Positions 18,437 through 28,023 of a stretch of DNA of 64,000 nt are shown piece after piece. The first letter of the stretch is position 1. The number at the start of each line of letters is the position of its first letter. Made by a program: the position numbers and the translations under genes. The stretch comes from Planctomycetota bacterium (GTDB lineage Bacteria > Planctomycetota > B15-G4 > SIAN01), in contig JANNXA010000010.1 of NCBI GenBank assembly GCA_031409275.1, positions 1,437-65,436 of the forward strand, written 5' to 3'. A model generated the notes under the pieces. The model did not search any database. It was given only the letters and a program-made list of their open reading frames with translations, and was not told the DNA's origin.

Positions 18437-19453
18437 ATGTTCGCTGCCACCCTCCTGCTCGTTGCGCTGGGCTTCGCGCCGCAAGAGAGCCCGCTGGTCG
18501 GCCAGCCTTGCCCGCCACTCGACTTGTCGCACGCGGTGCAAGGTGCTCCGGTCCTCGTCAATGAACTGAACGGGCGCATCGCGGTCCTCGAGTTCCTCGA
18601 GATCGGAAACGCGGCCTCCACCGACCACTCGCTCCCGGCAGCACAGCAGTTGGCGGTCACCTACGAGAAGGACGCGCGCGTCAAAGTCGTCGGGATCGCG
18701 ACGGCGTGGCCGCGCGTCGAGGGAGCGCCAGCGCTCGTCGACACCAACGTCCGGGCGGCGCTCGCCGCTGCGCGCATCTACTTGCCGGTCATGCGTGACC
18801 GCGACAGCGCGGCGATCCAGCGGATCGGCCTCGGCGGCGTCATCGGCACTCCGCGCACGCTCCTCGTCGACGCCGAGGGAATCGTCCGCTGGCACGGCTC
18901 GAACACGACCCCGGAGAGCAACGAGTCACTCAAGAAAGCGCTCGCGCGTCTGATCGATTCCTTCTGGGTCGAGCCCATCGCCGACCTCCCACCCGCGCTC
19001 GCGACCTACGGCACGGGCGACCTCCCGAAGGCGGGAGCAGCGGCGCGGCGCATCGTGAACGACCCCAAAGCGGATCCAGCGCTGAAGGCCGTCGCCGAAC
19101 AGATCGAGAAGAACCTCGAGAATGGCGCGAAGAAGCTGGTCACGAGCGCCAAGGAGCTGCGAGCCGCGGGCTACCCGGGACGCGCGCGCACCAAACTCGA
19201 CAACGCGGTGAAGATCTTCGCGGTCGTCCCGTCCGCCATCGAGGCGGCGCGGCTGCACCAGACGTGGAAGGACGACAAGTCCTTCCAGCGCGAACTCGCC
19301 GGCGAGGTGCTGCTGGAGAACGCGATCGAACTGCTCGGGAAGCCGAAGGACCTGCGAGCGGAGGTGCGCGGCCGCCTCGAGAAGTACGTGGTCACGTTCG
19401 CCAACACCGCCATCGCGCCGCGCATCGAGAAGGCGCTGGCTGCGCTCAATTGA
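18437..19453 (+). CDS. Secreted thioredoxin-fold (TlpA/redoxin-like) protein lacking CXXC, with a helical C-terminal domain
   Basis: ATG 18437 with GGAGA upstream and signal MFAATLLLVALGFA. Redoxin-like layout (GRIAVLEFLEIGNAAS where WCxxC is expected; ...TPRTLLVDAEGIVRWHG). The C-terminal half is Lys/Glu/Ala helical. Confidence 0.7.
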   Translation: MFAATLLLVALGFAPQESPLVGQPCPPLDLSHAVQGAPVLVNELNGRIAVLEFLEIGNAASTDHSLPAAQQLAVTYEKDARVKVVGIATAWPRVEGAPALVDTNVRAALAAARIYLPVMRDRDSAAIQRIGLGGVIGTPRTLLVDAEGIVRWHGSNTTPESNESLKKALARLIDSFWVEPIADLPPALATYGTGDLPKAGAAARRIVNDPKADPALKAVAEQIEKNLENGAKKLVTSAKELRAAGYPGRARTKLDNAVKIFAVVPSAIEAARLHQTWKDDKSFQRELAGEVLLENAIELLGKPKDLRAEVRGRLEKYVVTFANTAIAPRIEKALAALN

Positions 19454-19460
19454 GCCGGCG

Positions 19461-20882
19461 ATGAGCGCCGCCCTCGAACGAATCGTCGGGCGCTCGCACG
19501 TCCTGACCGGTCGCGCCGAGCTGCTGACCTACGAGTCCGACGGACTCACCCACTTTCGAAAGCAGCCGCGCGCGGTCGTGCTGCCTGGCACCACGGAAGA
19601 GGTCGCCGCGGTGGTCCGCTGGTGCGCGGAGACCGGCACGCCCTTCGTGCCGCGCGGCGCCGGAACCGGTCTTTCGGGTGGCGCGCTGCCATGCGAGACC
19701 GGGATCGTCATCGAGCTCGCGCGGCTGCGCCGGATCCTCGAAGTGCGGCCGCGCGATCGGCTGGCGAGGGTCGAGTGCGGCGTGATCAACGCCGATCTGT
19801 CGACCGCGGTCCGGCCGCTCGGCCTCCACTACGCCCCTGACCCCTCGAGCCAGAGCGCCTGCACCCTCGGCGGCAACGTCGCCGAGAACTCGGGCGGACC
19901 CCACACGATGAAGTACGGGACCACGACCGACCACATCGTGGGGCTGCGCGTGGTGCTTCCCGACGGCACCATCACGGAGCTTGGCGGCCCGCAAAACGAG
20001 CTGCCCGGCCTCGACCTGGTCGGAACGTTCGTCGGCTCCGAAGGAACCTTCGGCATCGCCACCGAGCTGTCGGTGCGCCTCACGCCGAACCCCGCCGTCA
20101 TCCGCACCTTTCTCTTCGCGTTCCGCGACATCGAGCAGGCGTGCCAGATGGTGAGCCGCATCGTCGCCGACGGCATTCTGCCCGCCGCCCTCGAGATGCT
20201 CGACCAGACCACGATCCGTGTGGTCGAGGCGTCGGTGCTGAAGGCCGGCTACCCGACCGACGCCGATGCGGTGCTGCTCGTCGAGCTCGATGGCATTGCC
20301 GCGCAGGTCGAGGAGGATGCGCGGCGCGTGCGCACGATCGCCACCGAGTTCGGCGCCTTCGTTTCGCGCGAGGCGGCCACGGCGGAGGAGCGGCTCAAGC
20401 TGTGGAAAGGCCGCAAAGGGGCCTTCGGAGCACTTGGACGCCTCTCGCCCGATCTCTACGTGCAGGACGCGGTGGTGCCGCGCTCGCGACTGCCCGAGGT
20501 GCTGCGGCGAGTGCGAGCCATCGCCACCGAAGAGGGCGTCCGCCTCTCGAACGTCTTCCACGCCGGCGACGGCAACCTCCACCCGAACATCAGCTACGAC
20601 GGCCGCGACGCCGACGAAGTGGCGCGCGTGCTGCGTGCGGGCGACAAGATCCTCGCGACCTGCCTCGAAGTGGGCGGGTCGCTGTCGGGCGAGCACGGCA
20701 TCGGCCTCGAGAAGCGCGACTCGATGGCGCTGATGTTCTCCTCCGATGACCTCGACCGCTTCGCGCAGGTGCGCCGCGCCTTCAACCCGCTCGGGCTGTG
20801 CAACCCCGACAAGGTGCTCCCCGGCGCCAAGGTGTGCGTCGAGTTTCGCCACGGCATCTCGATCGAGGGAGTGACCCATTGA
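19461..20882 (+). CDS. glcD: Glycolate oxidase subunit GlcD (FAD-linked oxidase)
   Basis: PCMH FAD-binding motifs (VVLPGTTEEVAAVVRWC, FVPRGAGTGLSGGALP) and C-terminal GGSLSGEHGIGLEK. Confidence 0.92.
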   Translation: MSAALERIVGRSHVLTGRAELLTYESDGLTHFRKQPRAVVLPGTTEEVAAVVRWCAETGTPFVPRGAGTGLSGGALPCETGIVIELARLRRILEVRPRDRLARVECGVINADLSTAVRPLGLHYAPDPSSQSACTLGGNVAENSGGPHTMKYGTTTDHIVGLRVVLPDGTITELGGPQNELPGLDLVGTFVGSEGTFGIATELSVRLTPNPAVIRTFLFAFRDIEQACQMVSRIVADGILPAALEMLDQTTIRVVEASVLKAGYPTDADAVLLVELDGIAAQVEEDARRVRTIATEFGAFVSREAATAEERLKLWKGRKGAFGALGRLSPDLYVQDAVVPRSRLPEVLRRVRAIATEEGVRLSNVFHAGDGNLHPNISYDGRDADEVARVLRAGDKILATCLEVGGSLSGEHGIGLEKRDSMALMFSSDDLDRFAQVRRAFNPLGLCNPDKVLPGAKVCVEFRHGISIEGVTH

Positions 20883-22201
20883 GTGCGACGGCTCCGCGCG
20901 AGGCGCTGGCGACGAGGCTCGCCGCGCGCGGCATCGCGACGACCGCGGCGACCTGGAGCGCGGCGCAGCGCGCGGCGTTGCGCGACGCGTTGCCTGATCG
21001 CCTCGCGACGCCGCGGAGCGCCGCGGAACTGCGCGAACTCGTGCTCGAGGCGACCGTCGCCGAGGAGTCGCTGTTGGTCATCGGCGGCGGCAGCGCGCTG
21101 GCGTGCGGAGCACCACCGAGGCGCAGCGCGCTCGCCGTCTCCATGCGCGGACTCGATCGCATCGTCGACCATTCGGTGGCCGACTTCGTGGTCACGGTCG
21201 AGGCGGGGATCCGCTTCGCGACGCTGCAGGACGAGCTCCGCCGCCACCGCCAATGGCTCGCGGTCGAGCCGCCCGATCGCGACGAGGCGACCCTCGGCGG
21301 GATGATCGCCGCGCAGACGACGAGCTTGGTCGCTGCCGGCCACGGCACGCTGCGCCATCACCTGCTCGGCTTGCGCGTCCTCTACGCGGATGGGCGCTTC
21401 GGCAAGTCGGGCGGCCGCGTCGTGAAGAACGTCGCCGGCTACGACTTGATGAAGCTCCACCACGGCGCGCTCGGCACGCTCGGCATCGTCGTCGAAGCAA
21501 CGCTGCGTCTGCGGCCGCTGCCCGAATGCGACCTCGTCACGCGGGCGAGCTGCCGCGATCCATCGGCGCTGGCCGAGTTCGGCGACGCGCTGGCGCAACC
21601 GGGCTTCGCGCCGGCGGGCGGCCACTTCGTCGGGCAATTGCAAAGCGGCGCGCTCGAGGGCGAACTGCTCGCCCGCTTCCAGGGCGCGACCTCCGCGGCC
21701 CATGCGCAGGCCGGCGCGCTCGAGGCCGCATTGACCGCGCGTGGCCCTTGGTCGCGCGAGACGCTCGCCGACGGCAGCCACGCCGCGCGACCGCGGTCGC
21801 TGCGCGACGCCGCCGCGGCCTTCTCGTCTCACGACGAAATCGACAGCGCTCTCGTGTCGCTGCACTTCGCGCCGAGCGCGACCGCGGCGACCGTCGCCGC
21901 GCTGCTGCGCTTTGGCGCCGGCCGCGTCGCGCTCGATCTGGTGCGCGGCGTCGGCAGCATCCGCCTCGCCACCGACGGCGCCGGCGGGCCGCTCTCCCAG
22001 TCGCTCGCGCTCGGGATCGTGGCGCTTCACCGCGATGTCGCGGCGCACGGCGGCGCACTGTTCGTCACGGCCGGCCCGCCCGAACTGCGGGCCGCTCTGC
22101 CCGATCGCGCCGAGACGGCGGCTGCCGCCGCGCTCGCCGTGAAGCTGCGCGATGAACTCGACCCGCACCGCCGCTTCAACCCCGACCGAAGAGGCCCCTG
22201 A
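20879..22201 (+). CDS. glcE: Glycolate oxidase FAD-binding subunit GlcE
   Basis: IGGGSAL, VEAGIRFATLQDEL, LGGMIAAQ, KNVAGYDLMKLHHGALGTLGIVVEATLRLRPLPE. Probable TTG start at 20879 (GAGGGAG 8 nt upstream) overlapping the glcD stop. The start is uncertain. Confidence 0.85.
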   Translation: MSATAPREALATRLAARGIATTAATWSAAQRAALRDALPDRLATPRSAAELRELVLEATVAEESLLVIGGGSALACGAPPRRSALAVSMRGLDRIVDHSVADFVVTVEAGIRFATLQDELRRHRQWLAVEPPDRDEATLGGMIAAQTTSLVAAGHGTLRHHLLGLRVLYADGRFGKSGGRVVKNVAGYDLMKLHHGALGTLGIVVEATLRLRPLPECDLVTRASCRDPSALAEFGDALAQPGFAPAGGHFVGQLQSGALEGELLARFQGATSAAHAQAGALEAALTARGPWSRETLADGSHAARPRSLRDAAAAFSSHDEIDSALVSLHFAPSATAATVAALLRFGAGRVALDLVRGVGSIRLATDGAGGPLSQSLALGIVALHRDVAAHGGALFVTAGPPELRAALPDRAETAAAAALAVKLRDELDPHRRFNPDRRGP

Positions 22202-23537
22202 CTTGGATGCGCACGCGAAGATCCTCCTCGACCAGCGGGCGCTCGACTGCGTCCATTGCGGGCTGTGCCTGCCGGTCTGTCCGACCTATCGACTGACCGG
22301 CAACGAGGCCGCCTCGCCGCGCGGGCGCATCTACTTGATGCGCGCGTTCGCCGAGAAGCGGATCGAGCCGGCCGTCGACACCATCGGCGAGATCGACCGC
22401 TGCCTCGTCTGTCGCGCCTGCGAGACGGTCTGCCCGTCGGGGGTCCAGTTCGGCGAGATGATGGAGCTGACGCGCGACCTCGTGGAATCGACGCCCGCAC
22501 GCAGCGGCTTCTCTTTCCGCGTGAAACGCGCCTTCTTCCGCCACGTGCTGCCCCATCCGGCGCGAGTGCGCTGGATGGCGATGCTGTTGCGCTTCTATCG
22601 CGAGAGCGGCCTGCGCGGTCTGCTGCGCAAGCTCGGGCTGATCGAGCTGTTCGGCGCGAAGACGGTGCTGCGCGATCAGTTGCTGCCCACGATCCCGCCG
22701 CTCGCGCAACGGGTCGAGCCGCCGGCCGTGACCGCGGCACGAGGAGCCGCGCGCGGCCAGGTCGGATTCCTCGTCGGCTGCGTCGCGCACGAGTTGCTGC
22801 CCGGCGCCAACCGCGCCTCGATCGCGGTCCTCGCGGAGAACGGCTTCGAGGTGCGCTGCCCGACATCGCGACCGTGCTGCGGAGCGCTGCCGGCCCATTT
22901 CGGCGACCTCGATGCGGCGCGCGCGCTGGCGAAGAAGACGATCGAGGCATTCGACGGCGACTCGGAACCGGTGGTGGTCAGTTCCGCCGGCTGCGGCTCC
23001 GCGATGAAGGAGTACGGTCGCCTGCTGGAGAACGATCCGACGTGGGCGGAGCGTGCCCGGCGCTTCGGTGCGCGCGTCGTCGACTGGAACGAGTTCCTCG
23101 CCGCGAAGGGGCTGGTGGCGCCGCAAGGCCGGCTCGACTTGAAGGTCGCCTACAGCGAGCCCTGCCATCTCGCCCATGCGCAGCGCATCTCCGCGGCGCC
23201 CAAGAGCCTGCTGGCGGCGATTCCCGGCGTGACGCTGGTGCCGTTCGTCGGCCAGGACACCTGCTGCGGGGCGGCCGGTCTCTACAGCGTGACGCAGCCC
23301 GAGCTGTCGCTGCAGTTGCTCGACCAGAAGATGGAGCAGCTGAAGGGCGCGCGACCCGACGTGATCGTCACCGCCAACCCGGGCTGCCATCTGCAATTGA
23401 AGAGCGGCGCGGCGCACGAGCTTCCAGGCATCGAGGTGCTGCACGTCGCCGAACTGCTGGAACGCAGCTACCGCGGCGGCAGCGGCGCTACTGTGCCGCC
23501 TTCGCCCGGGAGCACACCTCCCGGCAACTCAGCCTAA
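22152..23537 (+). CDS. glcF: Glycolate oxidase iron-sulfur subunit GlcF
   Basis: Two 4Fe-4S motifs (CVHCGLCLPVCP, CLVCRACETVCP) and two CCG domains (PCCGA, TCCGAAG). ATG 22152 overlaps glcE by 50 nt. An alternative TTG at 22203 lies just after the glcE stop. Confidence 0.9.
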   Translation: MNSTRTAASTPTEEAPDLDAHAKILLDQRALDCVHCGLCLPVCPTYRLTGNEAASPRGRIYLMRAFAEKRIEPAVDTIGEIDRCLVCRACETVCPSGVQFGEMMELTRDLVESTPARSGFSFRVKRAFFRHVLPHPARVRWMAMLLRFYRESGLRGLLRKLGLIELFGAKTVLRDQLLPTIPPLAQRVEPPAVTAARGAARGQVGFLVGCVAHELLPGANRASIAVLAENGFEVRCPTSRPCCGALPAHFGDLDAARALAKKTIEAFDGDSEPVVVSSAGCGSAMKEYGRLLENDPTWAERARRFGARVVDWNEFLAAKGLVAPQGRLDLKVAYSEPCHLAHAQRISAAPKSLLAAIPGVTLVPFVGQDTCCGAAGLYSVTQPELSLQLLDQKMEQLKGARPDVIVTANPGCHLQLKSGAAHELPGIEVLHVAELLERSYRGGSGATVPPSPGSTPPGNSA

Positions 23538-23556
23538 AACCTTCCGGAGATCGTCG

Positions 23557-23850
23557 ATGAAGCGTCCGCTCGCTCTGCTCCTCGGCCTGGCCGCGCTGGC
23601 TCTGCCTGGCTGCATCTACGCCAACATCAAGTCACCGCTCGACACCGATCTGCAGCAGACCAAGCTCGGCGCGAAGACCGGGACCGCCTCGAATCACCAG
23701 ATCCTCGGACTGGTCGCTTGGGGCGACGCCAGCACGCAGGCGGCGGCGGCGAACGGCGGCATCACCACGCTGAACCACGCCGACGAGGAGTGGTTCTCGG
23801 TGCTCTGGTTCGTCTACGGGCGCCAGACCACCGTCGTCTACGGCGACTGA
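23557..23850 (+). CDS. TRL-like small lipoprotein
   Basis: MKRPLALLLGLAALALPGC (lipobox). CIYANIKSPLDTDL...ILGLVAWGDAS...GGIT..V resembles TRL-domain lipoproteins. CCGGAGA RBS. Confidence 0.8.
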   Translation: MKRPLALLLGLAALALPGCIYANIKSPLDTDLQQTKLGAKTGTASNHQILGLVAWGDASTQAAAANGGITTLNHADEEWFSVLWFVYGRQTTVVYGD

Positions 23851-23851
23851 C

Positions 23852-24205
23852 ATGCGCGCGCGCATCGCCAGTGCGCTCGTCCTCGCGCCGCTCCTGTCGG
23901 CGTGCATGGTCGGGCGCATCTATCAGCACACGCACGAACCGCTCGATACGAACTTCTCGTCGACGCCGGTCTTCACCGGCAAGGACCAGATCGGATCGGC
24001 AGCGGTGACGCACGTCCACGTCCCGATGACCAGCGTCCAGGTCGACCTGCTGTGGAACAGCAACGCGATCGGTGACGTGATGAAGCGCAACGGACTCGAG
24101 GAGGTCTACTACGCCGACCTCGAGACCTTCAGCATCCTGGGCATCTGGAACGAGTACACGGTCTACGCCTACGGAAAGCCTGCGGCGACGACCGGCACGC
24201 CCTGA
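23852..24205 (+). CDS. TRL-like small lipoprotein (paralog of the preceding gene)
   Basis: MRARIASALVLAPLLSAC lipobox, then the same layout (HEPLDTNF..., ...ILGIWNEYTVYAYG). It starts 1 nt after the previous stop. Confidence 0.75.
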   Translation: MRARIASALVLAPLLSACMVGRIYQHTHEPLDTNFSSTPVFTGKDQIGSAAVTHVHVPMTSVQVDLLWNSNAIGDVMKRNGLEEVYYADLETFSILGIWNEYTVYAYGKPAATTGTP

Positions 24206-24228
24206 ACGACACGCCTTGACGTGATCCT

Positions 24229-24267
24229 GGCGCCGGCGTCCGATCGACGAGGTCGGGCGCCGGCGTC
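24229..24267. terminator. Hairpin between convergent genes (possible bidirectional terminator)
   Basis: GGCGCCGGCGTC occurs twice (24229-24240, 24256-24267). The self-complementary CGCCGGCG cores can pair as a ~10-bp stem. There is no clear U-tract. Confidence 0.3.
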
Positions 24268-24276
24268 TTCATCGAA

Positions 24277-24966
24277 TCAAGGCGGCTCCGGCGGGTCTTG
24301 CGGCGAGTACTCGAGCAGGCAGCGCACCGCGCCACCGTCGGGCAACGCGCCGCGAAACGTGATCGCCGCCGCGAGACGCTGCTTCTGCGCGTCGCTTGCG
24401 GCCTGCGCAAGCTCGTGGTCGACATCCTGCCCCTTGTAGAGCACGAGCCGGCCGCAGCGTTTCGGCAGCGGCTTCAGCAGGCGCAACAGCTCGCGCGCCG
24501 AGTCGACCGCTCGCACGGCGAGCACATCGACTCGATGGTCGGCCAGCCACTCTTCGCCGCGGCGCGACTCGACGGTCACGTGGTCGAGCTTCATCGCCGC
24601 GACCACCTCGCGCAGGAACGCCGCCTTCTTCCCGATCGACTCGATCAGCGTGACCTGCACGTGCGGCAACAGCAGCGCGAGCAGCACACCGGGGTAGCCG
24701 CCGCCACTGCCGAGATCGGCGAGTGTCGCGCGCGGCGCGCCGGCGCTCTCGGGGAACAGCTCGAGGAAGCGCCGCCACGGCAGCAAGCTGTCGAGGACGT
24801 GCTTGACCGCGAGCTCACGCGGCGACGTGATGCGCGTGAGATTCAGCGTCTCGTTGGCGGCGAGCAGCAGGCGCGCGTGCTCGGTCGCACCGGCGATCAC
24901 GGCCGCGCGGCGCGGCAAGTCGGCCGGGAGCACCGCGTGCAGCTCCGCTTCGATGGCATCGCTCAA
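24277..24966 (-). CDS. rsmG: 16S rRNA (guanine527-N7)-methyltransferase RsmG
   Basis: NLTRITSPRELAVKHVLDSL, DLGSGGGYPGVLLAL (SAM motif), LIESIGKKAAFL. TTG start at 24966, with an alternative GTG at 24933. Confidence 0.88.
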   Translation of the reverse strand: MSDAIEAELHAVLPADLPRRAAVIAGATEHARLLLAANETLNLTRITSPRELAVKHVLDSLLPWRRFLELFPESAGAPRATLADLGSGGGYPGVLLALLLPHVQVTLIESIGKKAAFLREVVAAMKLDHVTVESRRGEEWLADHRVDVLAVRAVDSARELLRLLKPLPKRCGRLVLYKGQDVDHELAQAASDAQKQRLAAAITFRGALPDGGAVRCLLEYSPQDPPEPP

Positions 24967-25064
24967 GGGTCACTCCCAGGTGCCCGCAGCGCATGCCGCC
25001 AGCGGCCACGCGGGTAGAGTCTCGCGCCTGCGTGCGCGCGAGCAAGCGCGCTCAAGGAGCGTCC

Positions 25065-25433
25065 ATGAACCCCGTCCGCGCCCAGATGCGCAAGCCGGTG
25101 CACCTCCAACCCAAGGGCTGGGGCCACGAAGTCTGGATCCACAACGACGAGCGCTACTGCGGGAAGATCCTCTTCGTCAAGGCGGGCAAGCGCTGCAGCC
25201 TGCATGCCCACAAGGTCAAGTACGAGACGTTCTACGTGCAGAGCGGAAGCGTGCAGATGCGGCTGCGCCATCCGGACGGCAAGGAGGAGTCCTTCGTGAT
25301 GAAGAAGGGCGACTGCCTCGAAATCCCACAAGGCACGGCGCACCAGTTCACCGGCATCGACGACTGCGAGCTGTTCGAGTTCTCGACCCAGCACTTCGAG
25401 GACGACTCCTACCGCATCGAGAAGGGCGACTGA
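25065..25433 (+). CDS. Cupin domain protein
   Basis: ATG 25065 preceded by AAGGAG. KGWGHEVWI...CSLHAHKVKYETFYV...G(x)AHQF are cupin motifs 1 and 2. Confidence 0.8.
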   Translation: MNPVRAQMRKPVHLQPKGWGHEVWIHNDERYCGKILFVKAGKRCSLHAHKVKYETFYVQSGSVQMRLRHPDGKEESFVMKKGDCLEIPQGTAHQFTGIDDCELFEFSTQHFEDDSYRIEKGD

Positions 25434-25463
25434 TGGACGCCAAGGCGCCGCGGAGCCAGGCCG

Positions 25464-26978
25464 ATGGCCGACCGCGTGGCTGACGCGACCTCGAACCTCG
25501 ACGCGAACGCCCCGCCGCAGCAGAAACCCGTCCTCGGGCTGTTCGATGCCACGATGATCGTGATGGGCTGCATCATCGGCGCGGGCTGCTTCGCCAACCC
25601 GGCGGCGATCGCGGCGCAGGTCGGCAGCACCGGATGGATCTTCGCGATCTGGGGACTCGGCGGCGTGATTGCGCTGACCGGGGCGCTCGTCTTCGCCGAA
25701 CTCGCCGCGATGTTCCCGCGAACCGGCGGGCAGTACGTCTTCGTCAAGGAGCCGTTCGGCCGCTTCCCCGCCTTCATGTTCGGCTGGCTGCTGCTCGCGG
25801 CGATCGTCTCCAACGCCATCGCGTGGGTCGGCCGGATCTTCGCGCGCCATCTCGCGCTGCTCTTCGCGAGCGGCGACGGCGGCGGCGGGCTCGAGGCGAT
25901 CGGTCGCCCGCTCGTCCCGCTCTTCTCCGCGATCTCCGGGCGCACGGAAAATGCCGGAGACGCTGGCGAGAAGGCGGTCGCGTTCGCTCTGATCGTCGGC
26001 TTCACGTGGCTCAACATCCGCGGGTTGCGGTTGGGAGCGACCGTCCAGAACGTGGCGATGGTGGCGAAGCTGCTCGGCATCGTGACGGTGATCGCGCTGG
26101 GGGCGGTCGCGATCGTGCGCGGCGAGGCGTTTCCCGCCGATGGCGGGGTGGCGATCGCGGAGGAACTGCGCGCCGCGCGCGGGCTCGGACCGCAGGCGCT
26201 TGCGGTCGGCGGTGTCACGCTCGCGGCGTTCAACGCGGCGTTGTTCAAGGCGATGTTCACCTACGGCGGCTGGCAGAACGTCGCGGCGGTGGGGTCCGAA
26301 GTGAAGAACGCGCGGCGCACGCTGCCGCTCGGAATCCTGATCGGCACGGTCGGCGTCGTCGTGCTCTACCTCGCGCTGAATGGCGCGCTGGTCGCGGTGC
26401 TGGGGCCCGCAGGAGTCGCGGCGACCGGCACGCCCGCCGCGGATGCGGCAGGACGCGTCATCGCCGGCGGGGAGCTGTTCGTTGCCGCGCTGGTGATGAC
26501 CAGCACCTTCGCCATCACGCAGGCGCTGTTGATGGTGACGCCGCGCATCTACTACGCGATGGCGCAGGACGGCCTCTTCTTCCGCCCCATCGGCCGGCTC
26601 CATCCGCGCTACGGAACGCCGGCGCTCGCGATCGCGGTGCAAGGACTCGCGGCGACGGTCCACCTGCTGCTCGGCGACGTGCTCGACCTGCTGGACATGG
26701 CGACCTTCTTCGACTGGCTCGGCTTCACGCTCTGCGCCTTCGGCCTCTTCGTGCTGCGCCGCAAGCGGCCCGACGCGCTGCGCCCCTATCGCGCGTGGGG
26801 CTATCCATGGTTGCCGGCGCTCTTCCTGCTGCTCTCGATCTGGGTCTTCGGATTCCACTTCTTCTTCGCGGAACCGCTCGCGAAGGAGCGGAGCGTTTGG
26901 GTCTTCTGCATCGGACTGCTGCTCTACGGCGCGTTCGAGTGGTCGCGGCGCCGGCGGATCCACGCGACGGAGGCGTGA
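25464..26978 (+). CDS. Amino acid/polyamine (APC superfamily) permease
   Basis: About 12 TM segments. N-terminal MIVMGCIIGAGCF...GALVFAELAAMFPRTGGQYVF is typical of APC transporters. Confidence 0.9.
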   Translation: MADRVADATSNLDANAPPQQKPVLGLFDATMIVMGCIIGAGCFANPAAIAAQVGSTGWIFAIWGLGGVIALTGALVFAELAAMFPRTGGQYVFVKEPFGRFPAFMFGWLLLAAIVSNAIAWVGRIFARHLALLFASGDGGGGLEAIGRPLVPLFSAISGRTENAGDAGEKAVAFALIVGFTWLNIRGLRLGATVQNVAMVAKLLGIVTVIALGAVAIVRGEAFPADGGVAIAEELRAARGLGPQALAVGGVTLAAFNAALFKAMFTYGGWQNVAAVGSEVKNARRTLPLGILIGTVGVVVLYLALNGALVAVLGPAGVAATGTPAADAAGRVIAGGELFVAALVMTSTFAITQALLMVTPRIYYAMAQDGLFFRPIGRLHPRYGTPALAIAVQGLAATVHLLLGDVLDLLDMATFFDWLGFTLCAFGLFVLRRKRPDALRPYRAWGYPWLPALFLLLSIWVFGFHFFFAEPLAKERSVWVFCIGLLLYGAFEWSRRRRIHATEA

Positions 26979-27043
26979 TCGCGCGTGGTGTCGTGAGTCC
27001 CGTTTCGCCTGGGCGGTGAACCGCAGCGGACCGTCATGAGTAA

Positions 27044-27071
27044 TCTCCGTGATATCATTGTTACACGGAGA
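27044..27071 (+). promoter_or_regulatory. Leader hairpin able to sequester the SPFH gene RBS
   Basis: TCTCCGTG (27044-27051), a 12-nt AT-rich loop, then CACGGAGA (27064-27071). GGAGA is the only SD-like element, 8 nt before ATG 27079. Confidence 0.3.
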
Positions 27072-27078
27072 CCGCACT

Positions 27079-27975
27079 ATGCCAGTGATTGAAAACCGCC
27101 CCGTCCAGATCGAGCGGCCGTTCGCGGCGCGAGCCGGCATCCCGATGCTCGGCGTGTTGCTGCTCGGCATCTTCGGGAGCCTCGCCCTGCTGATCGTGGC
27201 CGCCAACCAGCGCGGCTTCGAGTGGCTCTGCATCGTCTTCGCGCTGACGATGGTCGCCTCGATCATCTGCCTTCCAGGGCTCTTCGCCGTGGAGCCCAAC
27301 TCGGCGCGCGCGGTCACGCTCTTCGGGAACTACCTCGGCACCGTGCGCACGTCGGGGCTGCATTGGACCAACCCCTTCGCATCGAAAAAGGCCGTCTCGC
27401 TGCGCGTCCGCAACTTCGAGAGCGAGAAGCTGAAGGTCAACGACAAGGACGGCAACCCGGTCGAAATCGCGGTCGTGGTCGTATGGCGCGTGGTCGACAG
27501 CGCGCAGGCGCTGTTCCAGATCGACGACTACCAGAACTTCGTCCACGTGCAGGCCGAGTCGGCGGTCCGCAACCTCGCCACCCACTTCAGCTACGACCCG
27601 CACGAGGATGGCGCCGTTGCGCTGCGCAGCCATCCCGCCGAGGTGGCGGCGAAGCTGAAGGAGGAGATCCGCGAGCGCCTCGAACAGGCGGGCGTCGAGA
27701 TCGTCGAAGCGCGCATCACCCACCTCGCCTACGCGCCGGAGATCGCCCACGCGATGCTGCAGCGCCAGCAGGCCAGCGCGATCATCGCGGCCCGCCAGAA
27801 GATCGTCGACGGCGCGGTCGGCATGGTGGAGATGGCGCTCGAGCGACTCGAATCGAAGAAGATCGTCGAGCTCGATGGCGAGCGGAAAGCCGCGATGGTC
27901 AGCAACCTGCTGGTCGTGCTCTGCAGCAATGGCCAGTCGACTCCCGTCGTGAACGTCGGCTCCCTGTACTCGTGA
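27079..27975 (+). CDS. SPFH/Band 7 domain membrane protein
   Basis: Two N-terminal TM segments, then an SPFH core ([30 protein letters not shown]...[20 protein letters not shown]...[26 protein letters not shown]). Confidence 0.88.
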   Translation: MPVIENRPVQIERPFAARAGIPMLGVLLLGIFGSLALLIVAANQRGFEWLCIVFALTMVASIICLPGLFAVEPNSARAVTLFGNYLGTVRTSGLHWTNPFASKKAVSLRVRNFESEKLKVNDKDGNPVEIAVVVVWRVVDSAQALFQIDDYQNFVHVQAESAVRNLATHFSYDPHEDGAVALRSHPAEVAAKLKEEIRERLEQAGVEIVEARITHLAYAPEIAHAMLQRQQASAIIAARQKIVDGAVGMVEMALERLESKKIVELDGERKAAMVSNLLVVLCSNGQSTPVVNVGSLYS

Positions 27976-28023
27976 TCGGGAGGCGTGGCCGGCCGCTGAC
28001 GGCGGACCGGCGGCGCGCACCGC

